A DNA stretch of 64,000 nucleotides from Candidatus Yanofskybacteria bacterium (lineage in GTDB: Bacteria > Patescibacteriota > Minisyncoccia > 2-02-FULL-40-12 > GWA2-44-9): the NCBI GenBank assembly GCA_003151795.1, contig PLYL01000005.1, positions 1,011 through 65,010 on the forward strand, read 5' to 3'. The notes below the pieces were generated by a model that did no database searches, was not told the DNA's origin, and saw only the letters and a list, made by a program, of their open reading frames with translations. The position numbers and the translations under genes are program-made. The stretch's first letter is position 1. Every line of letters begins with the position of its first letter. Shown piece after piece: positions 45,502 through 55,035 of the stretch.

Positions 45502-47226
45502 TTGTGGCGATTTTTGATAGACCATATGTCGAATCAGACCAAAAGATTTAGTTCAATTTTAGTAGTTGTCGTGTTGGTTTTGGTTGGTAGCTTCTCTAGA
45601 TATCAAATTGCTTTAGCGTTGGGTGGTGAAGGTACAGCTACAATAGATGGTAGTGCCTCCGGTGGAAATGTGAGCGTTGTACAATCAACCTCGCATAAAT
45701 TTACCGTTATTTTAACGATTGGCGCGGATGGAATTACTGTCGATGCTCAAAATCCAACCTTTACTATTCCGACCGGCTTTACTGCGCCAACTAACCCTGT
45801 CGCAAATGCAGGACTTGTATTAGCTGATGGTGATTGGTCTGCCGTAGGTGGTGCGACTTGTCCGACTACAATGGGTTCATCCAGTAATTCAGGACAAGTA
45901 ATAACAGTTGACGTAACGACAGTCTGTACAGTCGGTCCCGGAGGCACAATCACTCTTACCTATCAAGGACAATCTGCGTCAACAATGTCAGCGTCACCTC
46001 TTGTTATAAAAACTGCTGTTGATATTGGCGCGGGTGCACCAACGGCTATTGCCGCTCCGCCGACAATTACCGTTACGGCCAGCGGCACTCCCACCCCGAC
46101 CCCGAGCGCAACGCCCACACCTTCTGCTACTCCCACACCAACTCCAGGCAGTGGTTTACAATTGGCGACAATCAATGTCGTTAAAAATGTCATCAACGAC
46201 AACGGCCGAACCAAAATCGTCGCCGACTTCCCATTATTTGTTAACGGCACCCTAGTTGTTTCCGGCGTGACCAATACCTTCCCGGCGATTAATGGCGTGT
46301 ATACCGTCACCGAAACCGGCGACCCCAACTACACGCGGACGTTCTCCGGCGATTGCGATGCTAACGGCCAACTGAACCTCACTCAAGGTCAAAATAAATT
46401 TTGTATCATCACTAACAACGATATTGGCCCGCCCATCGTCGTGCCGCCCGTGCCGCCCCTTATCGACGTAGTGAAGACCGCGAGCCCGTTATCTTTACCA
46501 AACGGCCCTGGTCCCGTGGTGTATACTTATACCCTTCGCAATATTGGTGTCGTTCCAGTAAGCAATGTCACTATGGTCGGCGATACGTGCAGTCCAATCG
46601 TCCTTACTTCCGGCGACGCAAATAGCGATTCCAAACTAGACGTAAATGAAACGTGGGTATATACCTGTTCCACGACGCTAACTCAAACCCACACCAATAC
46701 TGTTGTCGCGATGGGTTGGGCGAACGGTATTAGCGCCGTTGATATCGCCAGCGCAACGGTTATCGTCGGCGCCCCGGTTGTCCCGCCCTTGATTCACATC
46801 ACAAAAATTCCAAGCCCGTTAACGTTGCCGGCGGGAGGGGGAATGGTCACGTACACCAAGACGGTTACAAATCCAGGGACAGTTCCTTTAAGCAATGTTC
46901 GCCTCACGGACGATAAGTGCAGTCCGGTGAGTTATGTTTCCGGGGACGCTAATGGCAATTCGAAGCTCGAACCCAGCGAGACCTGGATATACACCTGTCG
47001 AACACGCCTCACCCAAACTACGACCAACACCGTCATCGTCGCGGGAGATGCGAATGGCCTAACCGCGAGAGATTTCGCAATTGCGACAGTCGTGGTCGCT
47101 GATGCTAAGCCGACACTTCCAAATGCGGGAGTTGCGCCCGATGATAAGAATACTCTTTTCGGTCTTATTATTTTGGCCGGTATCTTTGGGATTGCGATTG
47201 TTGCTCACCGAAAACAACTTGTATAG
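45502..47226 (+). CDS. DUF11-repeat surface protein with LPNAG-type sorting signal
   Basis: Signal peptide, repeated DUF11-like modules (VNETWVYTCSTTLTQTHTNTV / LEPSETWIYTCRTRLTQTTTNTV), and C-terminal LPNAG plus TM plus HRKQLV. Confidence 0.6.
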   Translation: MWRFLIDHMSNQTKRFSSILVVVVLVLVGSFSRYQIALALGGEGTATIDGSASGGNVSVVQSTSHKFTVILTIGADGITVDAQNPTFTIPTGFTAPTNPVANAGLVLADGDWSAVGGATCPTTMGSSSNSGQVITVDVTTVCTVGPGGTITLTYQGQSASTMSASPLVIKTAVDIGAGAPTAIAAPPTITVTASGTPTPTPSATPTPSATPTPTPGSGLQLATINVVKNVINDNGRTKIVADFPLFVNGTLVVSGVTNTFPAINGVYTVTETGDPNYTRTFSGDCDANGQLNLTQGQNKFCIITNNDIGPPIVVPPVPPLIDVVKTASPLSLPNGPGPVVYTYTLRNIGVVPVSNVTMVGDTCSPIVLTSGDANSDSKLDVNETWVYTCSTTLTQTHTNTVVAMGWANGISAVDIASATVIVGAPVVPPLIHITKIPSPLTLPAGGGMVTYTKTVTNPGTVPLSNVRLTDDKCSPVSYVSGDANGNSKLEPSETWIYTCRTRLTQTTTNTVIVAGDANGLTARDFAIATVVVADAKPTLPNAGVAPDDKNTLFGLIILAGIFGIAIVAHRKQLV

Positions 47227-47263
47227 TCTATTCTGAATTAATAAACCAATTAACAATAATCAC

Positions 47264-47404
47264 ATGCTCCTCACTATCGCATTTGTTCTCATCGCATTAT
47301 GGCTTGTCGGGCTTATCATTTTCCCGGTGCTAGGATTGTTTATCCACGTTCTTCTAATTATTGCCGTCATTATGATTCTCATGCGAGTCATAAAAGGCAA
47401 GTAG
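47264..47404 (+). CDS. lmo0937-family small membrane protein (46 aa)
   Basis: MLLTIAFVLIALWLVGLIIFPVLGLFIHVLLIIAVIMILMRVIKGK matches the twin-helix lmo0937/DUF5670 pattern. Below ORF-track cutoff. Confidence 0.45.
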   Translation: MLLTIAFVLIALWLVGLIIFPVLGLFIHVLLIIAVIMILMRVIKGK

Positions 47405-47420
47405 AACTCGTCTCTTACAA

Positions 47421-48038
47421 TTGAAAACCTTATCAATAAAAACGGCTTTAATATTGGTTTTTATCGGATCCGCGCTTTATACCGCGTATCTTTTTTATAT
47501 TATTCCTAAAGACCCCGCCCAAAGCGACGCCGCTCTCCTTGTGGAAAATCCTAGCCCCACATCGTCACCGGCGCCATCGCCAGCACCAGTCCGGCCAGCC
47601 GTGCCCATACGCCTTATTATTCCAACAATTGCTGTGGATTCTATTATTGAAGACGTCGGTCTTACTTCCGGCGGGGCAATGGACGTCCCCAAGAACGCGA
47701 GCGATGTTGGATGGTTATCGTTTGGACCCCGGCCTGGCGAAGACGGCACTTCGGTTATCGATGGCCATTACGGAATCAGCAAAGGAAAAGCATCAGCGTT
47801 TGATGATATATATAAATTACGCAAAGGCGATATTATACAGATTGAAGACCAGGCCGGGGCAATCATCCCTTTTGTCGTAACTGGAAACCGAAGATATGAC
47901 CCGCAAGCCGACGCGACCTACGTCTTTGGCACAAATCAAGGGCCTTCCCATCTCAATCTTATCACCTGTGAAGGAGTCTGGGATGAAACTATCAAAGGCT
48001 ATCCCGAACGTCTTGTGGTTTTTGCCGATAAAGAATAG
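47421..48038 (+). CDS. Sortase-family transpeptidase
   Basis: N-terminal TM, catalytic His region (IDGHYG), TLxTC motif (LITCEG), conserved Arg. Confidence 0.8.
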   Translation: MKTLSIKTALILVFIGSALYTAYLFYIIPKDPAQSDAALLVENPSPTSSPAPSPAPVRPAVPIRLIIPTIAVDSIIEDVGLTSGGAMDVPKNASDVGWLSFGPRPGEDGTSVIDGHYGISKGKASAFDDIYKLRKGDIIQIEDQAGAIIPFVVTGNRRYDPQADATYVFGTNQGPSHLNLITCEGVWDETIKGYPERLVVFADKE

Positions 48039-48046
48039 TTTTCTTG

Positions 48047-48117
48047 AGCGGGATACGGGAGTCGAACCCGTCTCTTGAGTTTGGAAAACTCATGTATTAC
48101 CGATATACGAATCCCGC
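48047..48117 (-). tRNA. tRNA-Gly (anticodon TCC)
   Basis: Cloverleaf: acceptor GCGGGAT/ATCCCGC, D-arm GTAT-ATCGGTA-ATAC, anticodon loop TTTCCAA, T-arm CGGG-TTCGACT-CCCG. Confidence 0.8.
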
Positions 48118-48400
48118 CTAGTTTTCTAAAGCACTGACTTCTTGCAAACTCTCTCTTATTATTAATTTCAATGATTTTTTTCCAGGATTTGTTTTAAAAT
48201 ACTCTTCGCGACGTAAAGCATCTTTTTTAGAAAGAAAGTACTCACAGAAAATTAACTGAAATGGTCGTCTCTTTTAGACTGAAAAGGACATATGTACAAT
48301 AAATTAGCTTTGCCATTTTTGCAATCAAAAGAAACATCATAGCGAATGAAGTACAGCCTGGCTGACTTCATCGCCATGAAGCGAACTTCGTTCTGCTTCA

Positions 48401-48474
48401 TGGTCGGGCCGCCGGGATTTGAACCCGGACTACGTGATCCCAAATCACGCGTGCTACCGTTACACAACGGCCCG
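48401..48474 (-). tRNA. tRNA-Pro (anticodon TGG), CCA encoded
   Basis: Acceptor CGGGCCG/CGGCCCG, anticodon stem CGTGA/TCACG with loop TTTGGGA, T-arm CCGGG-TTCAAAT-CCCGG, 3' ACCA. Confidence 0.85.
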
Positions 48475-48476
48475 TG

Positions 48477-48548
48477 TGTCCTCGGAGGGAATCGAACCCC
48501 CATCAAGGCCTTAGAAGAGCCCTGCTCGATCCGTTGAGCTACGAGGAC
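48477..48548 (-). tRNA. tRNA-Arg (anticodon TCT)
   Basis: Acceptor GTCCTCG/CGAGGAC, D-arm GCTC...GAGC, anticodon loop CTTCTAA, T-arm GGGGG-TTCGATT-CCCTC. 3 nt upstream of tRNA-Pro. Confidence 0.8.
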
Positions 48549-48770
48549 AAACTTCTATAAATTCTACGTTAAAATGGCCAAAACGTAAAGGTTGCGATAA
48601 AATTTTACGTAACATAATTAACTGTACAATCGTTATAGAAAATATTAGTATATGGACATGAATCCCGTAGGAAGTCGCCCTTACGGGTTTGAAAGTCAAA
48701 CACTTAATTAAGTATCGTAGTGTTGGTCTCACACCAAAGTGTCTGACCGATTACTACGACTTCTGACGGG

Positions 48771-49628
48771 ATGAACAAAAACCTTATTTACTCGATAATC
48801 ATCGTCGCATTGCTGGGCCTGGGTCTTTGGTGGTTTATTTCCAATACTACTCCGAAAGACGCGCTGGCGCCGACTATCTCGACATCGGTTTCTCCTTCCG
48901 CCAGTCCAACGCCGGTCGCGACCAAAACTCCAGCGGCGCCGAAGATTACCATGACTTCGCCCCAAGCCAACGCCCTCGTCGATTCGCCGATATTGGTCAC
49001 CGGCCGGGCCAATGTTTTTGAGAATCAGTTTACGGTTCAAGTCAAAGACAGCGCCGGTCAAGTGGTGGCCACGGCTCATGTTTTCACCGATGCTAAAGAC
49101 GCGGGTCAGTACGGCAACTACAGCGTTAAAATTCCAATTCCGGCCGGCCTAGCGACGAGTATCATGAAAGTCGAAGCGTTGAGTTATTCGGCGAAAGGGG
49201 ACGGATCTTTTGAGGGCTACGCTTCCGCACCGGTGAAGCTCAAATATTTTGATACCATGAGTATTTATGCCGCTTTCTCGACTTCTCAAACCGATTGCAC
49301 GGCAGTAACTCTTTTCCCCCACGAAATCACCAAGACCAGTCAATTCCCGTACATGAGTTTGGTGGAGTTGCTTAACGGTCCGAATGATACCGACAAGCAA
49401 CAGGGCGCGACGACGTTAATACCGTCCGGCGTGGTCATTAATTCGTTTAAACAGACTGGCAGTACTTATATGGTTGATTTTAATAACACGCTTCAGCAGG
49501 GCGTGGCCGGTTCCTGCCGGGTCCAGGGTATTCGCGCCCAAATCGAAGGCACTCTCAAGCAATTTCTGGGAATTAATAACGTCATTATTTCCATCAACGG
49601 TCAGACTGAAGGTATCCTTCAGCCCTAA
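48771..49628 (+). CDS. Secreted Gmad2 Ig-like / GerMN-domain protein
   Basis: Signal/TM, then TSPQANALVDSPILVTGRANVFENQFTVQVKD (Gmad2-like) and a C-terminal GerMN-like region (LVELLNGPND). Confidence 0.5.
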   Translation: MNKNLIYSIIIVALLGLGLWWFISNTTPKDALAPTISTSVSPSASPTPVATKTPAAPKITMTSPQANALVDSPILVTGRANVFENQFTVQVKDSAGQVVATAHVFTDAKDAGQYGNYSVKIPIPAGLATSIMKVEALSYSAKGDGSFEGYASAPVKLKYFDTMSIYAAFSTSQTDCTAVTLFPHEITKTSQFPYMSLVELLNGPNDTDKQQGATTLIPSGVVINSFKQTGSTYMVDFNNTLQQGVAGSCRVQGIRAQIEGTLKQFLGINNVIISINGQTEGILQP

Positions 49629-49637
49629 ATTATAATT

Positions 49638-50672
49638 ATGTTTGACCGAGCGGTTCTACGCGATAAAAAATTTCTCTCGTGGGCGATACTCGTTTTTATC
49701 GGCGGTTTTTTGATCGGCTTGCCGATTGATGGAGCCTTTTTGTTCCAAAAATTAACCTCAAGCATCACCGCCCAGACCCTTCCCAAGGAATGGCGAGAAG
49801 GACAGACGGGGCTTATCAATCCGCTTTTGGGGGTTAATTATCCCGACAATAGCGCTTTTACTGAACTAGTGCCCCTTCAAAGCGCCGTCCAAACAGTTAT
49901 CAACAACGCTATTGATAATCATGTTCTTATTCGCGGAAGCGTTTACTTTCGGGACATGAGCGATAGCCACTGGATAGGTGTTAATGAAACCGAGACTTAT
50001 TCTCCAGCAAGTTTGATTAAAATTCCCATGATGGTGAGTTACTTCAAAGTGGCCGAATCAAACCCCAATATCCTAAATAAATTACTCCAGTATACCGGTC
50101 CCAATCAGAATGTAAGCGTATATTTTAAGCCGGCTGACAATATGGTCTCCGGCCAATATTATTCCGTAAGCGATCTTATCCGTCGGATGATTGTTTACTC
50201 TGATAATAACGCGATTCTCATGCTGTTTAATAACATGGACAAGGCTAGCCTCGATGCGATTTTTTCTGACCTATCCATAACCGTACCCAAGGACCCCAAT
50301 CAGCCCGGGGATTACATAACGCCCGGAAATTTCTCACGCTTTTTCCGCACCCTCTATAACGCAACGTATCTAAATGAAGCATATTCGCAAAAAGCCCTCG
50401 AGCTTCTTTCTGAAGCTGATTTTAAGCAAGGTCTTGTGGCCGGCGTGCCGGGGAACATCACCGTCGCTCACAAATTTGGGGAGACTCCAGATGTTGACGC
50501 GACGGGTAAGACAATCAGTTATGAACTCCACGACTGCGGCATTATTTACGCCCCGAACCACCCCTACATCCTTTGCGTTATGACTTCCGGCCAGTCATAC
50601 GATTCTATCGCCGGCGCCATTAAAGACATCTCCGCGGCCGTCTACTCGGCCGTTAAGAATAATTATAAATAG
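49638..50672 (+). CDS. Class A beta-lactamase-like serine hydrolase (exported)
   Basis: SxxK (SLIK), SDN (SDNNAI) and KxG (HKFG) motifs in the correct order and spacing. Confidence 0.65.
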   Translation: MFDRAVLRDKKFLSWAILVFIGGFLIGLPIDGAFLFQKLTSSITAQTLPKEWREGQTGLINPLLGVNYPDNSAFTELVPLQSAVQTVINNAIDNHVLIRGSVYFRDMSDSHWIGVNETETYSPASLIKIPMMVSYFKVAESNPNILNKLLQYTGPNQNVSVYFKPADNMVSGQYYSVSDLIRRMIVYSDNNAILMLFNNMDKASLDAIFSDLSITVPKDPNQPGDYITPGNFSRFFRTLYNATYLNEAYSQKALELLSEADFKQGLVAGVPGNITVAHKFGETPDVDATGKTISYELHDCGIIYAPNHPYILCVMTSGQSYDSIAGAIKDISAAVYSAVKNNYK

Positions 50673-50737
50673 CGGCCGGATTTCTCGTCTAGATTTTTCT
50701 TGTAAATCTGATATAATACGAAGACCATTTTAATATT

Positions 50738-50812
50738 GGGGGCTATGGTGAAGAGGTTATCACAGCGCTCTGTGGCAGCGCGGTCGAGGGTTCGATTCCC
50801 TCTAGCCCCCCA
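50738..50812 (+). tRNA. tRNA-His (anticodon GTG) with genomically encoded G-1
   Basis: Five G run (G-1 plus GGGGCTA acceptor) pairing to TAGCCCC plus C73, anticodon loop CTGTGGC, T-arm GAGGG-TTCGATT-CCCTC. Extended -10 TGaTATAAT about 20 nt upstream. Confidence 0.85.
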
Positions 50813-50931
50813 GAAAAACAGAAATCCCTTAAATGGGGATTTTTGTTAAAAAGGTTGAAAAATTAAGCAAAATAGGCTATTATGGCTGGTATTGACTTAG
50901 AAACAAGAAGCTTACTCTATACGTATACCCC

Positions 50932-51468
50932 ATGGCGACCAAAGACCAATTTAATACTCAAGCCGAGGCCCTCCAGAAAGGGGATAGCCGTTCGGCGGAA
51001 AGGATATTTGACCACTTTTCTGGGCCAATCTACGCCTTCTTTATGGCTCGGATTCGGCACAAGGAGACGGCCCAAGACTTAACTCAAGAGGTTTTTTTAA
51101 AGGTAATTAAAAGTATTGAGCAGTTTGACAGAAAGAGCGGGGACTTCACAGCCTGGATTTGGCAAATCGCTCGCAATTCCGCCATTGACTATTTCCGCCA
51201 TAAGAAGCCGTCGTACCTCGCTGACTTGCCCGATGAAGGAACTAATATCAGCGAGGAGCGCGTGAAGTCGGACGAGAGCGCCAAGGTTCGGGAAATCATG
51301 GACATCGTCGAAAGTTTTTCGCCGGAAGAGCAAGAATTATTTCAACAGCATTTTGTCGCCGATATATCGTACACGGAATTGGCCCGGATAACGGGTAAAA
51401 CCGAATCGGCCTTGCGGGTGGCGATTCACCGGTTGCGCAAAAAACTTATCCCTTATTTAAATGATTAA
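50932..51468 (+). CDS. ECF-type RNA polymerase sigma factor (sigma-70 family)
   Basis: Region 2 (DLTQEVFLKVIKSIEQFD) and region 4 HTH (ISYTELARITGKTESALRVAIHRLRKKL). Confidence 0.75.
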   Translation: MATKDQFNTQAEALQKGDSRSAERIFDHFSGPIYAFFMARIRHKETAQDLTQEVFLKVIKSIEQFDRKSGDFTAWIWQIARNSAIDYFRHKKPSYLADLPDEGTNISEERVKSDESAKVREIMDIVESFSPEEQELFQQHFVADISYTELARITGKTESALRVAIHRLRKKLIPYLND

Positions 51469-52171
51469 TTTCATCAAAGAACAATTAGCGGTCTGGAAGC
51501 TCAAACGGAGCCTCCATAAATATATTCGACCGGACCGGGCGTTCTTGCAATCCGCGCGAACGAGGTTTATAACTCTGGCTCAACAGTCCCGATTTGGTCA
51601 GAATGCTCATTCTGATGCCAAATCGAGGATCCTCGATTCCGACAAGGCGGAATCGAGACGCGCGGGCGTAACCGTCCGGGCCAAGCATCCGCGGTCCTGG
51701 AAATACGCCACCATCGCGATTGTGGCCGTCCTTTCGATGACCAGCGGGATGGCTGTTTTCGCTGATGCCAGTAACGTTCCCGTAACTCATCCGCTCTACA
51801 GTTTAAAACGTTTAAGCGAGCAGATTCGTTTAGGATTAAGCACGCCGGAACAACAGGTTGAACTGCACCAAATTTTTGCCCAGCGCCGGCTTGAAGAAGC
51901 GTCGGAACTGGAGACGAATCACGACGATCGTCCGATTACGCCTGAATCCCAGACTCGGATTAACGGGCTAGACAATGATTTTCAGAAAGAAACAGAACAC
52001 GGCCTGGATAAGACCCAGGACCCTCAAGTTCACGCCGCCGCCCGCGCCAAGTTTTGCCAAGATATTTTAGATATTATTCAGCAAGACGCTCCAACCAATC
52101 CTCTGCCCAGTCCGATGGTGGACCATATTAAAACTCGCTGTGCCGACGCCGTCAAAACCCCGGGAAACTAA
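51461..52171 (+). CDS. Putative anti-sigma factor / membrane protein (single TM, overlaps sigma gene stop)
   Basis: 4-nt overlap with the ECF sigma gene. Central TM ATIAIVAVLSMTSGMAVFA. No conserved catalytic motif. Confidence 0.4.
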   Translation: MINFIKEQLAVWKLKRSLHKYIRPDRAFLQSARTRFITLAQQSRFGQNAHSDAKSRILDSDKAESRRAGVTVRAKHPRSWKYATIAIVAVLSMTSGMAVFADASNVPVTHPLYSLKRLSEQIRLGLSTPEQQVELHQIFAQRRLEEASELETNHDDRPITPESQTRINGLDNDFQKETEHGLDKTQDPQVHAAARAKFCQDILDIIQQDAPTNPLPSPMVDHIKTRCADAVKTPGN

Positions 52172-52249
52172 CCTCTTCAAAAAATAAGCCCGAACTTGAT
52201 GTTTAGGCTTATTTTTGTTACACTGACGCCTGTTCAATAAACACTCTAA

Positions 52250-53362
52250 ATGGCTAATCATCCCCTAATTTCATACGTGGAAGAGGCCCGCGGCCGCGGG
52301 ATGTCCAATAAACAAATCATCGACGCGCTGACTTCGGCTGGCTGGCAGACTCACGACCTCACTAATATATTTTTAGAGCATATCGAAGTTTCTCGCGAGC
52401 CGGCTATACCTGAATCTGCCGATAGTATCGTTACTGTCCGCAATGTTTCCAAGATTTATAATAAGACCATCAAAGCTCTGGATAATGTCAGCTTGGAGGT
52501 CAAACGGGGCAGCGTGACGGCCCTTTTGGGACCGAATGGCGCCGGTAAAACCACCCTCGTCCGGATTCTGACGACTCTCTTAACCCTCGAGCACGGTACG
52601 GCCCGCGTGGCGGGGTTTGATATCGTCCGCGACGCGCAAGAACTCCGCTCGGTCATCGGCTTGGCTGGCCAGTACGCCGCCGTGGACGAAACTCTGACCG
52701 GCCGAGAGAACCTGGAGATGGTCGGGCGCTTATATCATTTATCAGTGCCGACCTCCCGCCAGCGCGCCGATGAACTTCTCCATCAGTTTAATCTGGATGA
52801 GGCCAGCGACCGGGTTTTGAAAACATATTCCGGCGGGATGCGCCGCCGTCTCGACTTGGCCGCGAGTTTAGTTATCCGGCCCCAGATTTTATTCTTGGAT
52901 GAGCCGACGACCGGCCTCGATCCGCGCGGCCGGTTCGCCTTATGGCATGTTATCCGCGAGCTCGTGAAAGACGGCACGACCGTCCTTTTGACTACCCAGT
53001 ATCTGGAAGAAGCCGATCAGCTGGCCCATAAGATATTTGTGATCGACCATGGCCACATCATCGCTCAAGGCACGGCCGATGAACTTAAAAAACAAGTTGG
53101 CGGAGACGTTCTGGAACTTCACATCGCCGACCACGGGTTGATTGATGAAACAGTCCGTTTAATAACTCCTTTCGGCAGCGAGGCTCCGCGCGTCGACGAA
53201 GACACGAATATTATAACCATGCCGGTTAGCGGCGGGGCTTCGATATTGATTGACGCCGTTCGGGAACTTGATTCCGCGAATATTAAAATCAACGACATCG
53301 TCTTGCGCCGGCCCAGCTTGGATGACGTCTTCATGGCCCTAACCGGCCATTCGGCAGAATAA
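52250..53362 (+). CDS. ABC transporter ATP-binding protein (ABC-2/DrrA-like) with about 60-aa N-terminal extension
   Basis: GPNGAGKTT, YSGGMRRRLDLAASL, LFLDEPTTGLD. Confidence 0.8.
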   Translation: MANHPLISYVEEARGRGMSNKQIIDALTSAGWQTHDLTNIFLEHIEVSREPAIPESADSIVTVRNVSKIYNKTIKALDNVSLEVKRGSVTALLGPNGAGKTTLVRILTTLLTLEHGTARVAGFDIVRDAQELRSVIGLAGQYAAVDETLTGRENLEMVGRLYHLSVPTSRQRADELLHQFNLDEASDRVLKTYSGGMRRRLDLAASLVIRPQILFLDEPTTGLDPRGRFALWHVIRELVKDGTTVLLTTQYLEEADQLAHKIFVIDHGHIIAQGTADELKKQVGGDVLELHIADHGLIDETVRLITPFGSEAPRVDEDTNIITMPVSGGASILIDAVRELDSANIKINDIVLRRPSLDDVFMALTGHSAE

Positions 53363-53368
53363 ATTTAT

Positions 53369-54136
53369 ATGAATAATTTCTCCCACACGTTTTCCGATAT
53401 CCGCGTCATGACCAAGCGTAACTTGATTAAGTATCGGCGCGTCCCGCAATTATTGGTTTTCTCAACGATTCAGCCCGTAATGTTTTTATTGCTCTTTACT
53501 TATGTTTTCGGCGGGGCGATTGTTACCGGTACCGGCACTTATATCAACTATCTTTTGCCGGGTATTTTGGTGCAGACCGTGCTGTTCGGGGCGATGCAAA
53601 CTGGGATTGGCCTCGTCGATGATTTGTCGCGGGGGATGATTGACCGGTTCCGATCCTTGCCGATGGCCCGCTCCGCCGTCTTAGCCGGCCGGACGATTAC
53701 CGATGTTATTCGCAATTTGTTCGTCGTGATATTAATGACTATTGTCGGTTTGTTTATCGGCTTTCGCATTGATCACGGCATCTTTAATTTCCTGGGCGCC
53801 GTGGCCCTGATTGCTCTGTTCGGCTTCGCGTTCTCCTGGGTTTCGGCCACCATTGGCTTGGCGGTTAAAACGCCGGAAACCGCCCAAGTGGCCGGTTTCA
53901 TCTGGGTGTTCCCGCTCGCTTTCGGCAGTTCCATCTTTGTGCCGGTATCAAGCATGTCTTCGGCTATCCGCGCCTTTGCCGAGCATAATCCGATTACCTA
54001 TGTCGTCAATACCGTTCGGGCTCTGACCCTCGGCCTGCCGGTCGGTAATAATATCTGGTTCGCTTTGGCCTGGATTGCCGGCATCATGATCGTCTTCGTT
54101 CCGCTGGCCGTCAATCGCTACCGTTCAATCTCTTAA
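53369..54136 (+). CDS. ABC-2 family transporter permease
   Basis: Six predicted TM helices. Position and size are typical of ABC-2 permeases. Confidence 0.7.
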   Translation: MNNFSHTFSDIRVMTKRNLIKYRRVPQLLVFSTIQPVMFLLLFTYVFGGAIVTGTGTYINYLLPGILVQTVLFGAMQTGIGLVDDLSRGMIDRFRSLPMARSAVLAGRTITDVIRNLFVVILMTIVGLFIGFRIDHGIFNFLGAVALIALFGFAFSWVSATIGLAVKTPETAQVAGFIWVFPLAFGSSIFVPVSSMSSAIRAFAEHNPITYVVNTVRALTLGLPVGNNIWFALAWIAGIMIVFVPLAVNRYRSIS

Positions 54137-54137
54137 G

Positions 54138-54530
54138 ATGCCGATGCGCAGAACTATCAAACCCTTTCTTGCCGGTCTCGCTGTAATCTTTCTGGGCTCG
54201 TTTGTCGCTGCGTTTTTTAATCTCTACGATACTTTTCCGCACATTGATAAAATTTTTCACATCGCCAGCGGATTTATTATCGCATGGTTTTTTAGTAATT
54301 TATGGGAAGATAATTTCAAAGGGTTCAATCGGTTCCAGCGCGTCATCATGTTTATGGCCCTGGCCGGCCTCATTGGCTTTTTCTGGGAAGTCCTGGAATA
54401 TTCAACTTCGACTTCTCTCTTTACTCATTACCAACTTATCCGCCATTATTTCTACGGCGGGGACTTAACCGATACTCTGGGCGACCTGCTGGCCGATGTT
54501 CTCGGCGGTGCCATCTTCGGTTTGCTTTAG
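54138..54530 (+). CDS. Hypothetical membrane protein (130 aa, 4 TM)
   Basis: Hydrophobic profile only. Confidence 0.4.
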   Translation: MPMRRTIKPFLAGLAVIFLGSFVAAFFNLYDTFPHIDKIFHIASGFIIAWFFSNLWEDNFKGFNRFQRVIMFMALAGLIGFFWEVLEYSTSTSLFTHYQLIRHYFYGGDLTDTLGDLLADVLGGAIFGLL

Positions 54531-54576
54531 GTGTTTGTGTGGATACCTGGCCGGCCGGATATGCTATTGTTAGCTC

Positions 54577-55035
54577 ATGAGCCTTCATACTCCGCTATCC
54601 GTCAGCCAGCTTCGAGAAAAACGCCGCCCGCTCCGCAACGTCAATATCGAACATCGAGAAAAACTCTCGCCTCTTGAGCGTCTCGCCTTGGCCGTCACCG
54701 AAACTATCGGGACAATGGGCTTTTTCTTTATTGTTTTTGTTTGGACTGTGGGCTGGCTGCTCTGGAATCTTGTCGGGCCCGTGGAAATGCGCTTTGATCC
54801 TTATCCGGCCTTTGTGCTCTGGCTCTTTATTTCCAACATGATTCAGCTGATGCTCCTCCCGCTCATTATGATTGGACAGAACTTGCAGGGCAAACACGCC
54901 GAAGCCCGCGCTCAAGCCGATTTTGAAGTCAACGTCCAAGCCGAAGAAGAAATCGAAACGATTCTTCAGCATCTGGAGAATCAAAACGATCTCATCCTTA
55001 AAATTATTAATACGCTCGAGAGCAGGCCGTCTTAG
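54577..55035 (+). CDS. DUF1003-family membrane protein
   Basis: Two TM helices plus DPYPAFVLWLFISNMIQLMLLPLIMIGQNLQ is the DUF1003 signature. Confidence 0.55.
   Translation: MSLHTPLSVSQLREKRRPLRNVNIEHREKLSPLERLALAVTETIGTMGFFFIVFVWTVGWLLWNLVGPVEMRFDPYPAFVLWLFISNMIQLMLLPLIMIGQNLQGKHAEARAQADFEVNVQAEEEIETILQHLENQNDLILKIINTLESRPS

Noticed and set aside
48252-48537. ORFs 48252..48506 (-) and 48346..48537 (+)
   Set aside because: They overlap the tRNA-Pro and tRNA-Arg genes. The translations (…GFEPG…) are typical artefacts of reading through tRNA sequences.
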